From Thermoplasmatales archaeon (GTDB taxonomy: Archaea; Thermoplasmatota; Thermoplasmata; Thermoplasmatales; Thermoplasmataceae), in the NCBI GenBank assembly GCA_027310185.1, contig DAIDBH010000017.1, forward strand, positions 64,001 to 128,000: a DNA stretch of 64,000 nucleotides, written 5' to 3'. Shown in pieces: positions 60,249 to 64,000 of the stretch (positions are counted from its first letter, which is position 1; every line of letters starts with the position of its first letter). The translations under genes and the position numbers were made by a program. The notes beneath the pieces were generated by a model that was not told the DNA's origin, ran no database searches, and saw nothing but the letters and a program-made list of their open reading frames with translations.

Positions 60249-63206
60249 TTATTGTTTTGTGTTGTTATCTTTCTTTGGGACCTGCTTCTGGTCTGTTATC
60301 TTTTTCTGGCTTGACTGTGGGAGTGACTGCTGCTTTCTCTGTCCTGCTCCCGGGAATTTTCCTTTTGTAAGTCTGTAATATAGAAGAGCCAGTATCAGTA
60401 TTATTACTATAATTGCAACGATAACGAGAAGTACCCTGTCAGATGAGACACCCACACTTACAGTCTTTACAAGCTGGCCGTCCTTCTGGACAAAGCTTGG
60501 TTGGGCTGAGTTTGATGCCTGGAATGACAGACTCTGTGATCCAGAATTTGCAAGTGAGATGTTAATGTCGTATGTTCTGGTCTGGTTAACTGCCAGGCTC
60601 TGAGAGAACGACTTGCTCTTCAAAAGAGCGCCATTATCATATACTACTATGGTAAGACCGGTAACAGCCACTTTACCATGATTCGTAACATTTACCTGTA
60701 TCTCCTTTGTAACGCCCTGAGAGAAGGAACCTGAATAATGTACACCGCTCACAAGCAGTTTTGGTCCACTGTAGGTTGTTGTGTAAGAAACATTATCATA
60801 ACCACTCAGTACAGGGTTTGTTACCTTCAGGGATATGTGGATCTTTGCAACAAGGTTGAATTGAACTTCTACCCATGAAGATGTGTTCCACGCGCTGGCT
60901 GAACTATCATACTTGATAATTGATAGATTTGCTGTGTTTGCAGGTATCTTTGTTCCATTGGCAAACATGAAGGTCCAGTTATAGCGCAGGCTCGACTTAC
61001 CATAATACTTGTCAGCTGAGTAATTAGCTGTCAGTATTACCGGAGACCCAGCAGGTATTGCAGTTATATTCTTATTGGATGGATTCTGGATTGTTACAAC
61101 TGCACTTGGGTTTGTCGTATCATTTACCATGGCCTTTATCTGAACAGATCTTGTTGTGTTTCCCGCACTGGTTACATTCAGTGTTCCAAGCTTTGGAATT
61201 CCGTTGATTGTTGGAGTTGTAAACTGGTAATTTACAGTTGTTCCTTTCAGAGTTGAATTTGGAAACATCCAGCTATAACTTAACTGTACACTGTATTTTT
61301 GCAGATTATAAGTAACGTTCAGCGAACTCAGAGAGGCATCAAAGGTGACCTGTGAGTTTTGAGGTACCATTATTGACACTGTTCCAGTATCAGCCATTGA
61401 TGATGAAATCTTGTGAAGTTTGCCGTTGAATGTGTATGTGAAATTCACGTTAGGTGAATTCGTTTTCTGCAGCACAAGGAAAGTTATGTTAGTAACATTG
61501 CTAAAGCCAGAACTGTCTGTCCCTGTAAGTTTGTATGTGGTTGTTTTGGTAAGTTGAAGAGAGTAATTGTACCCGGTATATTGACTGGTAGAATTCTTCC
61601 ATGAAAATTTCACAGGTGAATTATACTGGTATTGACCTATTATGGGGTTGTAAAGTGTCTTTGACATATTAATGGAGAATGCAGTATTGTATGGGACGAT
61701 AACTACTGTGTTCTTTGCAGTTGAATTCAGTATGGATGAAGTTGTGATCATTCCCTTATAATATACAACTGCATTAGAATTTACAAAGTACGGATTCTGA
61801 ACCTTTCCAAAGGATACTGTTACCATTGAACTTGTGCTTACTGGCATTATTTCGAATGGATTTCCATAGGTTACAGATGAAGATGCAGACTGAACAGAAA
61901 CATTGACGTTATTATAGTTAATGTAAGTCACATAATTTACATTTGATGGAGTGTACTGAGTTCCCTTCTGGTATACTTTCAGTACCAGGTTCTTATAATC
62001 CTTTGATGACATTTTTGCATTTGTGTAATTTGCAAAGGTGTAGAGACTCAGGCTGTATTTGTTGTATACAAGGCTATTCGTATCTACATGGCTTCCTGTC
62101 AGATTATAGTAGGAATTGTTTGCCAGGAATGAATAGTATGTGTTCGCAGGTATGTGTCCCGCTGATTTCAAAACATCATTCATGAAACCATTTGAACTTG
62201 ACAAATTATCCAATACTTCCTGATAGGCAAGACTCATTACTGTACTGTTTGCCATATCTGGGAAGGCAGTCCCTGAATTCAGGTTATAATGTGTTACAAC
62301 GGATAATGTTTGAAGATTCTTGCTCAGGGAATAGTTCTTGAAAACGTTTGATGTTGATGGGGTTAATTTCAAATTTCCTGATACGGATATTGACATTGGT
62401 CCATAACCATTAGCTGCTATCATGAACGCAGTATCTTTTTGTGCACTGACATAGTATAAGCCAGAATTGAATGACACAGTCGTATAATGGTTAATTGTAG
62501 AATTGAATTCAACTATCTTAAACGAATTTATTTTTGCGCCTGATTTTGAATATACTGCCCCAAAATAGTTGACTGCACTGCTTCCAAGCTCTATGGTAAC
62601 CATATTTTTAGATTCCAGTGTAAGAACCTGGGATGTTACTCCCTGACTTGGCTGGTTGTTATAATAACTGTTTGCATAAAACATGGTTCCATTAGGTAAA
62701 TATGCGTTAAAAGAAGTAGAATTGGTTGTTTTTGTCAAAAATGTATAACCTTCAGTGGTTGAAAACATTATTGTTGCAGTTTCTCCATTCAGATTTTTTA
62801 AATTAACTGTAGAATAGGTAAGAACAACTGCCTTCAGGCTGATTTCTACTGCCTGATTTGCAGAATTAACATCCAGGTAGTAATATGTCTTGTTTGTCAG
62901 ATAATGCGCCCCACCTATTATGGAAAGTGTAGGCATCACTGTTACCAAATAACTTCCATAGCTTAGTGAAACGTTTAAGCTGTTGCCAGTATCTGTAAAG
63001 GTATACTGGCCCTGTGAGGCATTTATGTATATTACAGGATTCACTGCAAACCCAACTTGATTTTTCCCTTCCATCACATACATGTTAAGATTAACATGGG
63101 ACGTGGAGGGAGCATAAGAACTCGACGATGATGCTGCGGCGACATTTGCCATGCCCGCAAGAAATACTGCTATCAGAATTGCTGACAACACTTTTTTACT
63201 GTCCAA
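60249..63206 (-). CDS. Large cell-surface glycoprotein with PKD-like and CARDB-like domains and C-terminal TM anchor
   Basis: Signal peptide, FDASLS..YSW.F and YNWTF (PKD-like), VNVTNHG (CARDB-like), then a TM helix and K/Q-rich tail. Confidence 0.8.
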   Translation of the reverse strand: MDSKKVLSAILIAVFLAGMANVAAASSSSSYAPSTSHVNLNMYVMEGKNQVGFAVNPVIYINASQGQYTFTDTGNSLNVSLSYGSYLVTVMPTLSIIGGAHYLTNKTYYYLDVNSANQAVEISLKAVVLTYSTVNLKNLNGETATIMFSTTEGYTFLTKTTNSTSFNAYLPNGTMFYANSYYNNQPSQGVTSQVLTLESKNMVTIELGSSAVNYFGAVYSKSGAKINSFKIVEFNSTINHYTTVSFNSGLYYVSAQKDTAFMIAANGYGPMSISVSGNLKLTPSTSNVFKNYSLSKNLQTLSVVTHYNLNSGTAFPDMANSTVMSLAYQEVLDNLSSSNGFMNDVLKSAGHIPANTYYSFLANNSYYNLTGSHVDTNSLVYNKYSLSLYTFANYTNAKMSSKDYKNLVLKVYQKGTQYTPSNVNYVTYINYNNVNVSVQSASSSVTYGNPFEIMPVSTSSMVTVSFGKVQNPYFVNSNAVVYYKGMITTSSILNSTAKNTVVIVPYNTAFSINMSKTLYNPIIGQYQYNSPVKFSWKNSTSQYTGYNYSLQLTKTTTYKLTGTDSSGFSNVTNITFLVLQKTNSPNVNFTYTFNGKLHKISSSMADTGTVSIMVPQNSQVTFDASLSSLNVTYNLQKYSVQLSYSWMFPNSTLKGTTVNYQFTTPTINGIPKLGTLNVTSAGNTTRSVQIKAMVNDTTNPSAVVTIQNPSNKNITAIPAGSPVILTANYSADKYYGKSSLRYNWTFMFANGTKIPANTANLSIIKYDSSASAWNTSSWVEVQFNLVAKIHISLKVTNPVLSGYDNVSYTTTYSGPKLLVSGVHYSGSFSQGVTKEIQVNVTNHGKVAVTGLTIVVYDNGALLKSKSFSQSLAVNQTRTYDINISLANSGSQSLSFQASNSAQPSFVQKDGQLVKTVSVGVSSDRVLLVIVAIIVIILILALLYYRLTKGKFPGAGQRKQQSLPQSSQKKITDQKQVPKKDNNTKQ

Positions 63207-63257
63207 TGTGATCTTCCTCTTTTTCGCTAAATAAACTCATACTTATAAACATTCCTT

Positions 63258-64000
63258 TTAAAGTTCTATTTCCGTAGTTTCTACAGGATTCATAAGATGA
63301 AGCTTGGTTACTATCTGATATGGTGTTGGAATTTTTCCACTGAACTTTAACCACCTCTTCTCGATCTTCATTCCCATTTTGTCAATGAATTTATAAGGGT
63401 TTACAAATGCCATTTTCATTATGTCTTCATGGGAAATTCTGTTCGTATTTTTCTGAATTCTATAAAGAAAGTCCATCTCCTGGAATATGTCTGGATTGAC
63501 CGTCATTACGTTATCCGTACCCAGCATAATATTAAAACCACTTTCCACGAATGAGCTGTAATCCGGCCTGATATTAAAGAAATAATTTGACCTTGGTGTT
63601 ATTGCTATATTCTCAGTAATTGCCTTCAGGGAAGTGAGCTGATCTCTATTGAGGGCTGTACAGTGAATCAGAAGGTCAGGTTTCAGATCGTATAATGGCT
63701 CAATGGGTTCCTGCCTATTTTCACTAAAATGTATTGATACTATGAGTCCCATTTTCCTTGCCTCCTTCCCAATTGATATAATCACGTCATTATCATCATC
63801 GGATACTGCACTGAATCCCACGCCCTGGATTATATCCTTGATTTTTTCAAGATCTTCAGTGCTCTCAGGTCTTCCCAGAGTGATGGCGTTAGGTTCAGCT
63901 TCTCTTATTGCCTTTAAAGTTTCAATGGATTTTGAGCCAGCTTCCCTGTAATCAAAAAAACTACCTGTACCGATTCTCTTCATGAATGAAATAGTGTTTT
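63258..64000 (-). CDS. Metal-dependent amidohydrolase (5' truncated by window)
   Basis: DYRE, IHFSE, IHCT, TPRSN and LGTDN motifs. The frame is open to the window edge. Confidence 0.85.
   Translation of the reverse strand, partial: NTISFMKRIGTGSFFDYREAGSKSIETLKAIREAEPNAITLGRPESTEDLEKIKDIIQGVGFSAVSDDDNDVIISIGKEARKMGLIVSIHFSENRQEPIEPLYDLKPDLLIHCTALNRDQLTSLKAITENIAITPRSNYFFNIRPDYSSFVESGFNIMLGTDNVMTVNPDIFQEMDFLYRIQKNTNRISHEDIMKMAFVNPYKFIDKMGMKIEKRWLKFSGKIPTPYQIVTKLHLMNPVETTEIEL

Noticed and set aside
1-64000. Many antisense ORFs in the ORF track, plus CRISPR, rRNA and tRNA genes
   Set aside because: The antisense ORFs shadow well-supported genes. No regularly spaced repeats or structured GC-rich RNA genes were seen.

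Overview
Gene-dense, AT-rich archaeal chromosomal window. It most likely comes from a Thermoplasmatales member, possibly Cuniculiplasma-like; this is inferred from the HU/HTa protein, Kae1-Bud32 fusion, TA0956-type protein, GatDE and archaeal shikimate kinase. Most content is housekeeping: speE, rdgB, kae1-bud32, rps6e-aIF2gamma, dnaG with a Lon-like ATPase, tatAC, a complex I-like nuo operon without nuoEFG, gatDE, arcC, mqnD, aroB-aroE-aroK-aroA and argS. Four regions stand out. (1) A regulator, LeuCD, family III CoA-transferase, DRE-TIM and MFS cluster at 7.8-14 kb; its 'synthase' lacks conserved glutamates and there is no LeuB, suggesting an undescribed organic-acid catabolic pathway. (2) An internally deleted IS200/IS605 element at 18.5-18.9 kb that fuses the TnpA N-terminus to the TnpB C-terminus. 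(3) Three extra genes translationally coupled to the nuo operon. (4) A PolB2, small-partner and degenerate-RadA cassette converging on a radical SAM-cdc6 pair. No tRNA, rRNA or CRISPR array was recognised. All calls come from motif recognition by eye; no searches were run.
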